Positions 1-10,300 of a stretch of 62,182 nt of DNA are shown here, piece after piece. A program made the translations under genes and the position numbers. Source of the stretch: a virus (Duplodnaviria > Caudoviricetes); the IMG/VR virus record IMGVR_UViG_3300043464_000452, positions 1 through 62,182 of that record; one strand, given 5' to 3'. The notes below the pieces were generated by a model that did not search any database, was not told where the DNA came from, and saw only the letters and a program-made list of their open reading frames with translations. Each line of letters opens with the position of its first letter. Positions within the stretch are counted from its first letter, which is position 1.

Positions 1-2577
1 AGCCATAGGAACATGACCATTTGGAAGCTTACCTTCTGCCCATAACTTTTCAAATAAATCTTTATTGTTATTATAAGTGTCTAAAGCCTCTTGATATTGT
101 GTCGTTGCTCCGTTCTCAGTTACACCAGCCCAAGCAGCATTCTTATTCTTACCAAGAACATTATATAGCAATCCACCTTCAGTCTCCATAGGATTACCTA
201 AGGCATCAGTAACTGTGCCTGCTGACAATATATCTGACATACCAACGATCATTGGTATACCATCAAATGATTCTATCGTTCTTGACTCAGCTATGCCCTG
301 CTTAGTAGATGATTTACTTTCTTCTAGTGGGTTTACCTGAATGTCCTGTGATACAGTAGGCGTTGTAAATTTAGCCTCGTAAACAGGTAGCCTATCAAGA
401 TTAGACTCTATTGTTTCAAGGTTAATATCCTCCTCTGCTGGTATATCAATACCCTCTACCCTTAGCCTTGGCTGAGTTGTACCCTTAATAGTTTTTAAGT
501 CTTCAGCTAACTGAGTCTCTAAATCTATTTCCTCCTGTGGTATTACTTCTTCTTGACCTTCTTGGGCAACGCCTTGAGGTTCTGCTTTGGGTTCTCCTTG
601 CGCCACTTCTTGGCTAACTGTGGCTCTTGGCTGTACAGGTACTTGACCTGCTGCTTGCTCTTGAATGGCATCTTGTTCGACTGGTTTAGTTTCTAATACG
701 GATTGAAGTCTTTCTGTTAATCCTGTTTGATCATTATTTATTTCAATGTTCATAGCAAGAAGTTCTTCCTTGCTCTTAGTTTTTATTAACTCATCGATAG
801 CATCTACAGATACATCCTTTCCATCAACCTTGTAGGTAGATTTTGGCTTAGATATAATTGACTGAATCTGGTTATTAATCTCCTCAATCTGTCGCTTCTC
901 TTGAACTACTAATACATCATCCTTATTCTGAATCTTAGTTCTAAGATCATCACGCTGTCTAAGTAGACTAGCTACCTTAGCCTTATCATCTATGCTTACG
1001 TCTAAGTCTTTAACAGCATTAGATACCTGCTGTACTTTATCGAATACAAACAAAGATTGCTTGGCATCCTCTTCAGTTATCTGTCCATCAGATACACTCT
1101 TCTTTAAATTATTTATTAATAAGTTTCTTGAGTTTGGAAGATTAGCAATCTCCAACTGAGGAACATTTATCTCAGATGAAACAGGTACATTATATACCTG
1201 AGCCATGTTGTCTGCCTTATCCTTAAGTATTTCTGTAACCTTACTCTTGGTGTCGTAAGAAGTAATCTTATTTTCAATATATCTCTTAGCATTAACAGCA
1301 GATATTGGTGCCCCAAAAACAACACCACTTCCTCCACCTGTAATAAAAGCATCAGCAACTCCATCCATGATTGGCCGTCCTGATATTACATTTTGACTAA
1401 CTCTTACAGCACCTTCTTCAAGACTATTTCCTGCAACAGCTACAGGTAATCCTCCTTTTTTTAATGCTGTTTCATAAGCAGTTATAAGTCCATTTGTAAA
1501 TATATCTTTAGCAGCATCAGTCCCTTCTCTCTTAGCAATATCTTTATAAACCTTACCTAGTGTACCAGTACCTATAGATGAAAATACAGACTCCATACCA
1601 GCCATTCCAGCTGCCTTAAGAGTCTTTTCTGCTTCAGACATTGTTGGGTCCATATCGGCCAACTCTTCTCTCTGATCCTCAGTGAAACCAAGAGTAGCTA
1701 CAGTAGCTAGTCTAGAAGGTGCAGTGTATGCACCGCCAATCATTAGGCCAACGCTTATTGGCAATGATTGAGTGATAGCTGATCCTAAAAGTTCAAAGCC
1801 ATCTTGATAATTCCCCTTCTCAAAATTTCCTACAATACTAGGGTCCTCATACCTTTCGGCCATGAACTTAGATACTTCACCACTAAGTATCTTTTGGTCT
1901 TCCTTAACGTAGTCTAGGAGTGGGTTAGTAATACCCCATGATTCCTTTATACCCTCAGCTGTAACACCAATAGGTAGTCCTGTCTTTTCAGCAATGTAGT
2001 TTTGTGGGATAGCTAAAATATTTATTACACTCTCAGGTATTGATGCCACTGCCTCATTAGCATATGATGCACCAAGACCCAGGTTAATAGCTATGTTTTC
2101 AAGATAACTCTTTGCGCCTTTCTTTTCAGGCTGAGTAGGTTGAACGGATGGTATTTGCTCAGGCAAAGGCTTACCTGGCTGGTATTGGAACTCAGTACGT
2201 GCAGGTAGCTTCTGCTCAGGTACCTTTACCTCAGGCTTAGCTGTGGCAAAATCAGGAGTCTCTTGTACAACTTTTCCAGTAGTTGGGTCAAACTTTGTAA
2301 GCTCCGAACCACCATCCACAAATGGTGATGCCGTACCTTTTTTTTTTACTGGCTCAGCAGAAGGTTCTCCTGCTGGGAATAGCTCAGGGAACTTTGAATT
2401 CACCACATTCCAATCCCCATTATACTTAGGATTAGTATATGTGGCAACATAATCTTTTAAAGTCTGCTTATCAACTCCAGATAATTCAGGAAACTTTGAG
2501 TTAACTAAATCCCAATCACCATTATACTTAGGATTTAGGTATGTTGCTACGTAATCTTTTAGTAATTGTTCTTCCAT
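1..2577 (-). CDS. N-terminal part of giant (~2904 aa) polyvalent virion/ejection protein; continues across the junction into 55918-62061
   Basis: ATG at 2577 (MEEQLLKDYVATYLNPKY...) just after the stop of 2587..4053. The frame stays open to the window edge, and the ATG at 4-6 equals the ATG at 62059-62061. Missed by the ORF track because it has no stop in the window. Confidence 0.88.
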   Translation of the reverse strand, partial: MEEQLLKDYVATYLNPKYNGDWDLVNSKFPELSGVDKQTLKDYVATYTNPKYNGDWNVVNSKFPELFPAGEPSAEPVKKKGTASPFVDGGSELTKFDPTTGKVVQETPDFATAKPEVKVPEQKLPARTEFQYQPGKPLPEQIPSVQPTQPEKKGAKSYLENIAINLGLGASYANEAVASIPESVINILAIPQNYIAEKTGLPIGVTAEGIKESWGITNPLLDYVKEDQKILSGEVSKFMAERYEDPSIVGNFEKGNYQDGFELLGSAITQSLPISVGLMIGGAYTAPSRLATVATLGFTEDQREELADMDPTMSEAEKTLKAAGMAGMESVFSSIGTGTLGKVYKDIAKREGTDAAKDIFTNGLITAYETALKKGGLPVAVAGNSLEEGAVRVSQNVISGRPIMDGVADAFITGGGSGVVFGAPISAVNAKRYIENKITSYDTKSKVTEILKDKADNMAQVYNVPVSSEINVPQLEIANLPNSRNLLINNLKKSVSDGQITEEDAKQSLFVFDKVQQVSNAVKDLDVSIDDKAKVASLLRQRDDLRTKIQNKDDVLVVQEKRQIEEINNQIQSIISKPKSTYKVDGKDVSVDAIDELIKTKSKEELLAMNIEINNDQTGLTERLQSVLETKPVEQDAIQEQAAGQVPVQPRATVSQEVAQGEPKAEPQGVAQEGQEEVIPQEEIDLETQLAEDLKTIKGTTQPRLRVEGIDIPAEEDINLETIESNLDRLPVYEAKFTTPTVSQDIQVNPLEESKSSTKQGIAESRTIESFDGIPMIVGMSDILSAGTVTDALGNPMETEGGLLYNVLGKNKNAAWAGVTENGATTQYQEALDTYNNNKDLFEKLWAEGKLPNGHVPMA
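2..127. repeat. Terminal overlap, left copy (circular assembly)
   Basis: 126 nt identical to 62057-62182. The preceding base differs (A1 vs G62056), a synonymous Ala codon change in the spanning ORF. Confidence 0.95.
543..671 (-). CDS. Nested out-of-frame 42-aa basic protein (MPFKSKQQVKYLYSQEPQLAKKWRKENPKQNLKALPKKVKKK)
   Basis: ATG 671 to TAA 543 in a different frame on the same strand as the giant gene. Resembles small stand-alone phage proteins starting MPFKS..Q; A-rich upstream context. Confidence 0.6.
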   Translation of the reverse strand: MPFKSKQQVKYLYSQEPQLAKKWRKENPKQNLKALPKKVKKK

Positions 2578-2586
2578 TTTTTCTTA

Positions 2587-4053
2587 TTATCTAGATGTTC
2601 CTCCTCCTCCTGATTCTTGTCCTGTCATCAAAGATACACCAATAATTGTTGGGTCCTTAGAGATTGAGTAATTTGTAACTTTATTAATTAAGTCATCTAG
2701 ATATGTTTCTCTTTGCTTAAAAAAATCAGTTCCTTTATTTCGTGCATCTGTTTTCGACAAATCGTAAGAACCAATTAAAACATCATCATTATCAGTAACT
2801 GTTACCACATTATCTACTGAAGATACTTTAAACTTACCTATTAATGCTGGATCAGAACTGAAAAGATTTTCAAGATTTTCAACTGTTATGTCTTCAGTGC
2901 CAGTAAATACATACTTATCTCTTTTTGGTGGAACTGCTTTTAATTTAGTCTTAAACTTATTAACGCTTTCTGCATAGTTACCACCACTAGATGGTGCTTC
3001 AGACTTAACTTCTTTAGGAGTTGGTCTATTATATGGGTTGTCCTTAATGCTTGAACCAAGTCTCATCTCAATAAGAGTCTTCATCCTATCAGTAGCAGCA
3101 GCCATTTGCTGATCTGTAAGCTGTGGCTTGTAGAAGTTAGTCTCAGGATCAAACACATATTTAATTACGTTACCCTGCTTACCCGATATGCTTGACACAT
3201 AAGGATTCCCATTCTCATCCTCAACAAGATCCTCAGTAAGAATAGATGTGACATTAAAAGGATTAGAAAAGAAACTTTTTAAAGACTGATTAAGATACTT
3301 CTGATACTCAGGATTTTTCCTAACATCATCTATTGTTACAACCTTCCCCTCCAGACCACTAATTCTTTCAATAGTGGCTCTAACAAATGGAGCAAAGTTT
3401 TTAGATGCCTGATCAGCAGCAGCCTCAGAATCAAAGTAGTCTACCTTGGTATTCTGGATGTTCCTAAGAAAACTAGATGTAGCAATCTGCTTTCCTACCT
3501 TCATTACCCCCTGGTTATTAGGGTCAGGCTCCATAAGACCAACATTAACTGTAAAATTTCTTGGGTCAATAATAGCAGCAGACTTAGAGAAGTCAGCAAA
3601 CTTCTCAGTGTATGCCATCAAATCCATCTCAAGTTGTTGAGACTTATTATTTGGATCATTACTGATTAGTCTATCTCTCTTCTCCTTAAATGTATTCTGA
3701 AAGTTCTTAATGACACCAAACAATTCATCAGTGCCATCGTTTAAGTTCTGTCTCATGACAGTGTAGTCCTTTAGTTTTAGACCACCAGACTTAAGTAATC
3801 TATCTTGTAATAGGATGGCCTCTCTTGCACTATCTGCATAATTCAGGGTCCATGTATTCAATCCCTCATGAGACCCAACAGGTGCCTCTGCTACCTTCTT
3901 TAGATTCTCTCTAGTAGCCTGGTCTATAGCTGCCTTCTTCTGCTCACGGATTGAAACCTCCGTTTGGATCATGTCGGTAATACCCTTACCAATCTCTGCC
4001 CAGTTTACAAAGCTGTCAGCCTGCCTCTCAGCAAATTTGTAGTAGCTTGCCAT
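2587..4053 (-). CDS. Putative internal virion/ejection protein
   Basis: 488 aa, helical, lies between tail genes and the giant protein; positional inference. Confidence 0.5.
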   Translation of the reverse strand: MASYYKFAERQADSFVNWAEIGKGITDMIQTEVSIREQKKAAIDQATRENLKKVAEAPVGSHEGLNTWTLNYADSAREAILLQDRLLKSGGLKLKDYTVMRQNLNDGTDELFGVIKNFQNTFKEKRDRLISNDPNNKSQQLEMDLMAYTEKFADFSKSAAIIDPRNFTVNVGLMEPDPNNQGVMKVGKQIATSSFLRNIQNTKVDYFDSEAAADQASKNFAPFVRATIERISGLEGKVVTIDDVRKNPEYQKYLNQSLKSFFSNPFNVTSILTEDLVEDENGNPYVSSISGKQGNVIKYVFDPETNFYKPQLTDQQMAAATDRMKTLIEMRLGSSIKDNPYNRPTPKEVKSEAPSSGGNYAESVNKFKTKLKAVPPKRDKYVFTGTEDITVENLENLFSSDPALIGKFKVSSVDNVVTVTDNDDVLIGSYDLSKTDARNKGTDFFKQRETYLDDLINKVTNYSISKDPTIIGVSLMTGQESGGGGTSR

Positions 4054-4056
4054 ACT

Positions 4057-4938
4057 TTATCTAGTGGTTACGATTGGTTTAACTAATGGAGATTGTGTCT
4101 GCGGTAATCCTATTCTGGGAGCAGCTCCAACATAGTCCTGAGTAAAGAAGTTTTCACTTAAATCTTTTATGTACTGAGGATTTTTGATAAGGAAGTCTTG
4201 TCTCTGAAGAGGAGTCATATTTTCTAAAGGTGCAAACGTCTTATCATAAAGTGCAAGTTTCTTAGTTGCCTCTTCAAAAGATAATGTATTACCACTAGCA
4301 TCTTTAAATGTAGAAGAAACATTTCCTTCTTTAACAGCTTTATCGTAATCCTTATTCAATCTATCAAGCTCTCTCTGACCCTCATTCTTCTTATATAACT
4401 CAGATGATTGTAGATACTGCTGTCCTGCACTTGCTAGTGATGAGAACGCTCCAGTTAAAGCAGCATCACTCTGAGCACCAAACTGAGCAGCAGCAGTCTG
4501 TGCCCCTTCTGCCTGAGCCAACTCAAGGTTTGCTCTAGCTCCAGAAAGTCTTGCCTCCTCCTGTGCAGTAAGACCCTCAAGCTTCATAAGATCTTCACCC
4601 ATAGCACCAGCTATTTGTCTTTGACCTTCTTGCTGAGCCATCTGAACACGACCAGCAGCAGCAGCTACACCACGCCCTTCTCCTTCAGCAGCCTGACTAA
4701 TCGCCTGTGCTCCTGCGGATAACATAGCCTCACGCTCACGCTCATATGCTTCTTTTGGAATACTAAGTCCTGCAAACTTATTTGCAGTTAACTCATTCAT
4801 AGCTCTTTTAAATGCGTCCTCTGAATCTTTTTTTGCTCTTTTAGCAGATTCTGAAGCAATTGCTGCTTGAGCACCTGAAGCACCTGCGCTTGCTATTGAT
4901 GTAGATATTGCTACTATTCCTGCGGTTCCGATTGCCAT
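4057..4938 (-). CDS. Putative DNA ejection/pilot protein
   Basis: Ala/Gly-rich hydrophobic N-terminus and Gln/Ala coiled coil, typical of podovirus ejection proteins. Confidence 0.55.
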   Translation of the reverse strand: MAIGTAGIVAISTSIASAGASGAQAAIASESAKRAKKDSEDAFKRAMNELTANKFAGLSIPKEAYEREREAMLSAGAQAISQAAEGEGRGVAAAAGRVQMAQQEGQRQIAGAMGEDLMKLEGLTAQEEARLSGARANLELAQAEGAQTAAAQFGAQSDAALTGAFSSLASAGQQYLQSSELYKKNEGQRELDRLNKDYDKAVKEGNVSSTFKDASGNTLSFEEATKKLALYDKTFAPLENMTPLQRQDFLIKNPQYIKDLSENFFTQDYVGAAPRIGLPQTQSPLVKPIVTTR

Positions 4939-4939
4939 A

Positions 4940-5350
4940 TTATAATACCTTTATTAGTTCTGTAGAATTAGTAGATCCCTTTAGGAATCCAAAGCCCACA
5001 AAGAGATCAATCAAATATTTATTATTATTGTTTGAGAAAATATACTTAGCCCCCTTATTCTCACAAATTTTAGTTAATGTAAAGATAAGAAGATTTAATG
5101 CCTCTTTTCTTGTTGGCTTCTTTCTGTACTCCTTGTTGGATACTATCCACTCAACCCAAGCAACCTTTGCATTCATGGTGTAAATAAACCCAGCACATAC
5201 TGGCTCATCACCATCGAATACAATTAGACCACCAGTTCCATCATCAGGTAAGAAGTCCCTGCTAGGGGCATTCCAGCCCCATCCTTGCCACCACTTTACC
5301 AAGATGTCATCGTAGTCATTTGCATTTAGTTGCCTTACTAAGATTCCCAT
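4940..5350 (-). CDS. GNAT-family acetyltransferase-like protein
   Basis: 136 aa with GNAT-like pattern (VCAGFIY...WIVSNKEYRKK...GF); sits between tail and ejection genes. Confidence 0.6.
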   Translation of the reverse strand: MGILVRQLNANDYDDILVKWWQGWGWNAPSRDFLPDDGTGGLIVFDGDEPVCAGFIYTMNAKVAWVEWIVSNKEYRKKPTRKEALNLLIFTLTKICENKGAKYIFSNNNNKYLIDLFVGFGFLKGSTNSTELIKVL

Positions 5351-5355
5351 GAATG

Positions 5356-5363
5356 CAAATTTA
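5356..5363 (-). promoter_or_regulatory. Bacteroidota -7 promoter box TAAATTTG, 5 nt before the GNAT ATG
   Basis: Matches TAnnTTTG consensus. Confidence 0.55.
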
Positions 5364-6167
5364 AGGATAACTTTTCAATACTTCAGACTCAACTGCAAAT
5401 AGCTCAACCTTAGTAGTGCTGTTATTCTCTAGTGTAAATATACAATAATGTCCTAGTACACCATGAGACTCCGCTACGGACCCCTTAATATACATAAAGA
5501 ACGGGTTAGTTATTGGAGGGATACCACCCCCAGCAATTGAAGCATTCACAACTATCCTGTTATTGTTAGTAGGATAGTCCACCACAATGCTAGTAATCTG
5601 ACCGCACAACACTGGAGTGCTATAGCTAGCAGGAAGGCTGTAGTATAGATAGTCCCCTACACTTACAATGCTACCAATCTCAGTCAAGTCAGGAGCTATA
5701 GGAAAGGATACATTCAATGTTGCAGCAGGGCCTGTTACGTTCTGACTTAATCCAATCCCATTCACTGATCTAAGTGCATACTCAGATGGCTGGGCTGGTA
5801 CCGTACCTGCGTTCCGTACAAATGCAAACCATGATGCCTCCTTCTTCTCGTACCAAGCAGCCTCAATAAATCCTGAAGTCTGAATGTCTGTCTCCATTAG
5901 TGTTGCCCAGCTTTGATTGCCCTCTAAATTAAGAGTCTTGAATATCTTATTTTCAAGAGGAGACACGTTGAATACGCTTTGAAGTCTAGACGTGTACTGA
6001 GTACCATAGAAGTTGTTCCTGGTTTCATTTACGTTGTGACGAAATAAGTTACCTCCCTTGAATGTATAGAAGTAGTTGTTCATCCCGATCATGTAATCAG
6101 GAATGAAGGAGTAGAATGATGGCCACCCCTGTGCCGATTCGCTATATGATAGTGTATAGTTTGCCAT
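5361..6167 (-). CDS. Tail/stabilization-protein C-terminal-like structural protein
   Basis: TLSYSE..GWPSFYSF.PD.M.GMNN.FYTF motif; beta-rich; tail module. Confidence 0.55.
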   Translation of the reverse strand: MANYTLSYSESAQGWPSFYSFIPDYMIGMNNYFYTFKGGNLFRHNVNETRNNFYGTQYTSRLQSVFNVSPLENKIFKTLNLEGNQSWATLMETDIQTSGFIEAAWYEKKEASWFAFVRNAGTVPAQPSEYALRSVNGIGLSQNVTGPAATLNVSFPIAPDLTEIGSIVSVGDYLYYSLPASYSTPVLCGQITSIVVDYPTNNNRIVVNASIAGGGIPPITNPFFMYIKGSVAESHGVLGHYCIFTLENNSTTKVELFAVESEVLKSYP

Positions 6168-6170
6168 AGT

Positions 6171-7379
6171 TTAACAAGGTCCTCCCCAAGTTGAAATTAC
6201 TCCAACTCCATCGATTAATAATGTCTCTCCTGAAGCAGGAGCTGATACAGTCTTATAGTGTGTATTGTTGCCATTCAATGGTGTAGTAAGCCCTACGTTT
6301 GTGTATAGAACTTTACCTGCAAGAAACACATCATATAGTGATGGTTCTGTTCCAGTAATGTACACTGTTAAAGGTGTACCAGTCCCGGCACAAGCAGCTA
6401 CAGAGCTACCCCATCCGTAAGTATTAGGATTTGTAGTCACGTCAAAGTATACCGTGAATGTATTAGATGAACAATTACCAAATGCAATAATGACACCATT
6501 GGCATCTACTTGAAACCAATTGTTTGCTCCAGCAGCTGTGGTCTTATAGTACCCTGCACTAAGCTTAGATTGGCCATTAGCATCACTGAATACTAGGTCA
6601 TATAACCCAAGTACACCAGCCCCTCCATTGACATAGGCCACATAATACGTTTGGTCAATAGTATCAGCACATGCTGTAGCACTCCCTGCATTTACTGTAC
6701 TAGAAGCGAATGATGGTAGAGCTGCTGGACAAGATATTGAAACACTAAATATTGTTCCAGTACATGGCCCAATAAATGTAAGATTTAAAACAGATGGAGA
6801 TGCCGCGGTCTTTGGTATTACCATAACACAATTACCAGGTGCTGTGGCAGTCAACTTCATTTGCCCTGAAATTACAGACACGCTAGTCGTAGTTCCTAAA
6901 GCATCAAATGTTGTACCATTATATTGAAACTGATTAAGTGTATAAGGAGACCCAGCAACTATACCACAATCAGATCCAGTAGCTCCAATGTAAGTAGAAA
7001 GTCCTGCACTACCCTGAAGCCAGCCAAATGATGGGGATGATAGTCCATTATAAACAATACTATTATAAACAGCCTTAATTCCATCTGGAACAGATGCAGG
7101 ATTAAACCTAATAATTACCGCTCCAGTAGCACTACCAAGATTTGTATTTAAATAATACACACCCTGTGTACCATTGGCACTTATTGTACTACCACATGGA
7201 ACGGAACATGCTGGACAAGTAACCTGAGGCAACAATGCCCCTGATACTTGCTGTCTAACAATAGATCCATCAGAGTAAAACCCATTTGCAGCAACTACAG
7301 TTAGAGCAGCATTTGAATATACCACCGTAGCACTGCTAAGTGATGGGGCGTCTAAATAGTATGTCGATGATGTTGCCAT
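6171..7379 (-). CDS. Virion structural/tail accessory protein with repeated Cys-containing beta modules
   Basis: 402 aa, Gly/Ser/Thr-rich, repeated G(F/Y)Y...G...C modules. Confidence 0.5.
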   Translation of the reverse strand: MATSSTYYLDAPSLSSATVVYSNAALTVVAANGFYSDGSIVRQQVSGALLPQVTCPACSVPCGSTISANGTQGVYYLNTNLGSATGAVIIRFNPASVPDGIKAVYNSIVYNGLSSPSFGWLQGSAGLSTYIGATGSDCGIVAGSPYTLNQFQYNGTTFDALGTTTSVSVISGQMKLTATAPGNCVMVIPKTAASPSVLNLTFIGPCTGTIFSVSISCPAALPSFASSTVNAGSATACADTIDQTYYVAYVNGGAGVLGLYDLVFSDANGQSKLSAGYYKTTAAGANNWFQVDANGVIIAFGNCSSNTFTVYFDVTTNPNTYGWGSSVAACAGTGTPLTVYITGTEPSLYDVFLAGKVLYTNVGLTTPLNGNNTHYKTVSAPASGETLLIDGVGVISTWGGPC

Positions 7380-7389
7380 ATTAAATTAT

Positions 7390-10300
7390 TTATGCGCAGC
7401 CGCAGCATGCATCAAGAGTAGTTGAATTAGAGTAGCAAAGATTTAGAGGTAATGAGTTTCTATAATCCCAAATCAAGTAAAGGTACTGACCACTGCTAGG
7501 TACAACAAATGATCCTGAATATAATCCAGCTGCTCCTGTTATTGGTGATACTAATGTAGATGCTGCTAATAAGTTTGAAATTCCTACAGAAGTATTTGGA
7601 TATAATGTATTACTACGCAAATATCTAAACTTATCTTGACCTAGTACAAAATCAAATGTATCAAAGTTTATCTTATTCGATATAATCTGTAAGCTAGATC
7701 CTCCGGTTGGTATACCAGAACTACCCTCTGGACCATTTAGTGTATCGTATTGAGACACCACAGGACTTGAATCATCTGTAGCAAATGTAACAAGAGTTGA
7801 CTGCAATGGTGATACAAAAGTTCCAGCAGTATATCTGTACTGATTATGTATGAACTTGCCTGCATCAACAACACTAGTCAATGTTACATTCACTATAGTA
7901 AGTGTCTGTTCTACAGGACAACCAGGTGTTACAGTAATCTCAAGAGGCCCTGCTGCTGTTATTGTAACGGTAGCTTCATTAACATTATTCTTATTCTTAT
8001 TAAACTGCAATGATCCTGACACATTTACAAGACCAGAAGTCTGAGTTGAACCATCGTAAGTTACCGATATAGTAAAGTTAGATAATGATCCAGCAGGTAC
8101 AGTATATGGTATATTAACAGTGCCAACAGGCTGATTTAAGTCAACGCAATAAGTTAATGTATTACCAGTTGGTATAGTAAATGTCTGAGCAATTCCACAT
8201 GCCAAACAATCGAGTGGTCTAGGTAACTCCTGAGAGTTAGTACTTAAAACGTATTCATTTAGATACGGATCAAATCCACCTAGTTTCTGAGTATTGAATG
8301 ACTCAATGAACTCATCTCTGAACCAAGTTCTCATACCCATCTCAGATATTACAGCAAGGTCATTTCCTCTCAACTGAAGTACAGCACCACGCTTTACATC
8401 TGTAAAGAATCTATCGTATCCCCACTGCACATAACTCTCTGGATGAAAGCTAATACCAAACTCTTCTGTTCTAGCAATCTGAGTACCAAGTATCTCAGGT
8501 ACTGATGAGATAGCTCCACCACCTGCTGAGTCAGAAATCAAATTCTTACTAGCAAGTACGTAGGATATCTTATCCTCCTGTAGCACAAGCACGTCTGTCT
8601 CACGACCATCTAGTATGAAGATAGGACCAAATGCTACCTCAAGGTACTTAAAGTTAAGAAGACCAAGATTAAACTCGTTCAGCTTATTTACATTAGATTC
8701 AAAGTTATAGACACCACTATAGGTCATATCTGCAAATCTTCTGATTCTTCTGTAGTCCTGAGCAGCCACAGCAGTTACTCTGTTACCAAAGGTAAGTGTC
8801 CTACCAATAATTGAGTCAAGAATCTTATAACTCTCCGCTCCGTTACCAAATGCATAGCAGTTAAAGAACTGAGTATCAATGATTGCTGGCAGTGAATTCG
8901 TCTGAGTCTGGACATTACCTACGTGGTATCCATTTACAATTGGAAGAGACAAGTTATTCTCAAAGAATACATCAGGCAAAGCCTCAGATGGCTCAGTCTC
9001 AAATATAATTATGCTGTCAGCTCTGAAGACTTCAAAGGTAGCAATAATAGTAGATCTTCTCCTCTCTCTTGCAAGAGTACCTGGGCAACGAACAGTACCA
9101 GATATAACTAGTGACAGCTCATTAGTTACTGTATTCCTAGCGAATCTATACTTATTGGTACATGTTTCAGGACTAGTAATAGCTGCTGTTGCTGAGCCTG
9201 TACTATAATTATACACCCCTAATAAACTGGGATCACCTATGTATTCATTCTCAATCTCGCATCCATCTCCACCCACATCTTGAACACCCTCATTGAGAAC
9301 TACTTGAACATTGTCTCCATTGAACCAGTCGAACATGTTGTCATAGTCCGCTGATGCAATCATGGTTTTCTCTAGGGTATAGATTCTTGTCTCGCAATCA
9401 CCATTACCCTTACCAACACCAAGTCTTTGGAACTTAAGGTTTATCTTTATTCTACTACCAGCAGGTACAGTATAGTCCTCATATACCCATGTAGGATTAG
9501 CAGGAGAATCATATCCAGCAACCCTCTTAGAGTTCATTGGATAAATTAGGATTGGATAATCCCCACCATTATTCTCATCTACTTGAATAGTACCTGGAGC
9601 AATAATATCGTCCTGACTATTTACTACAGAGAAATTGTTTGGAAGAATCTTTATGTATACACCAGCTGGTACAGGGATGTTTACGTTTGGATCTAAATCA
9701 CTTGGTATCTCAATGAATCCTTCTACCTGAGATTCTTTCTCAAGCACAGTAGTGTACACACAATTCTGTGTAGGGCCATTAGTATCAGCCTTCACAATCA
9801 ATCTATCTCCCTGCTCAACCTTCCTAGCATTCTCACCCTCAAGTAAGAAGAACACGTTATTAGTCAGTGGATCATTGAAGAATATGCTGCTGTATATTGT
9901 ATCGTAGTTCTCCTGATCAGGCTTAATTACAAACTTGTATCGTGTTGCCCAATAAGGTGCCTTCTGTGTGTTTGGTATAGTAACTTGAATAGAGTTCTTA
10001 GTATCAGATGCAGAGCATGGTACATGAATCGTATTGTTTGGACTAACTAAAGCAGTGGTTGATCTGTTAAAATCATCCATGTAAACAATGCCAATCTCAT
10101 ATCCTCTATTGCTATGCAAACTCTGTGGAGAATTTATCTTCTGATAGAAGGCATTAACAGCATTGTACTCATAGTACTCATACACGCTAAATGTAGGTGT
10201 AGTAGTATTATTTACATACCGCATCGTAAGCAACTGAAGACCAATTAATTGACTAGCTGGTGATGTTATAATCCCAATCCCCTGACCAGCAGCACTAATA

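Noticed and set aside
1-127. Terminal repeat as a biological direct terminal repeat
   Set aside because: The 126-127 nt length is typical of an assembler k-mer overlap and it falls mid-gene; better read as evidence of circular assembly.
2338-2347. 10-nt A run as a programmed frameshift or phase-variation site
   Set aside because: The frame is intact through it (VKKKG) and no alternative long frame is needed; cannot be supported without reads.
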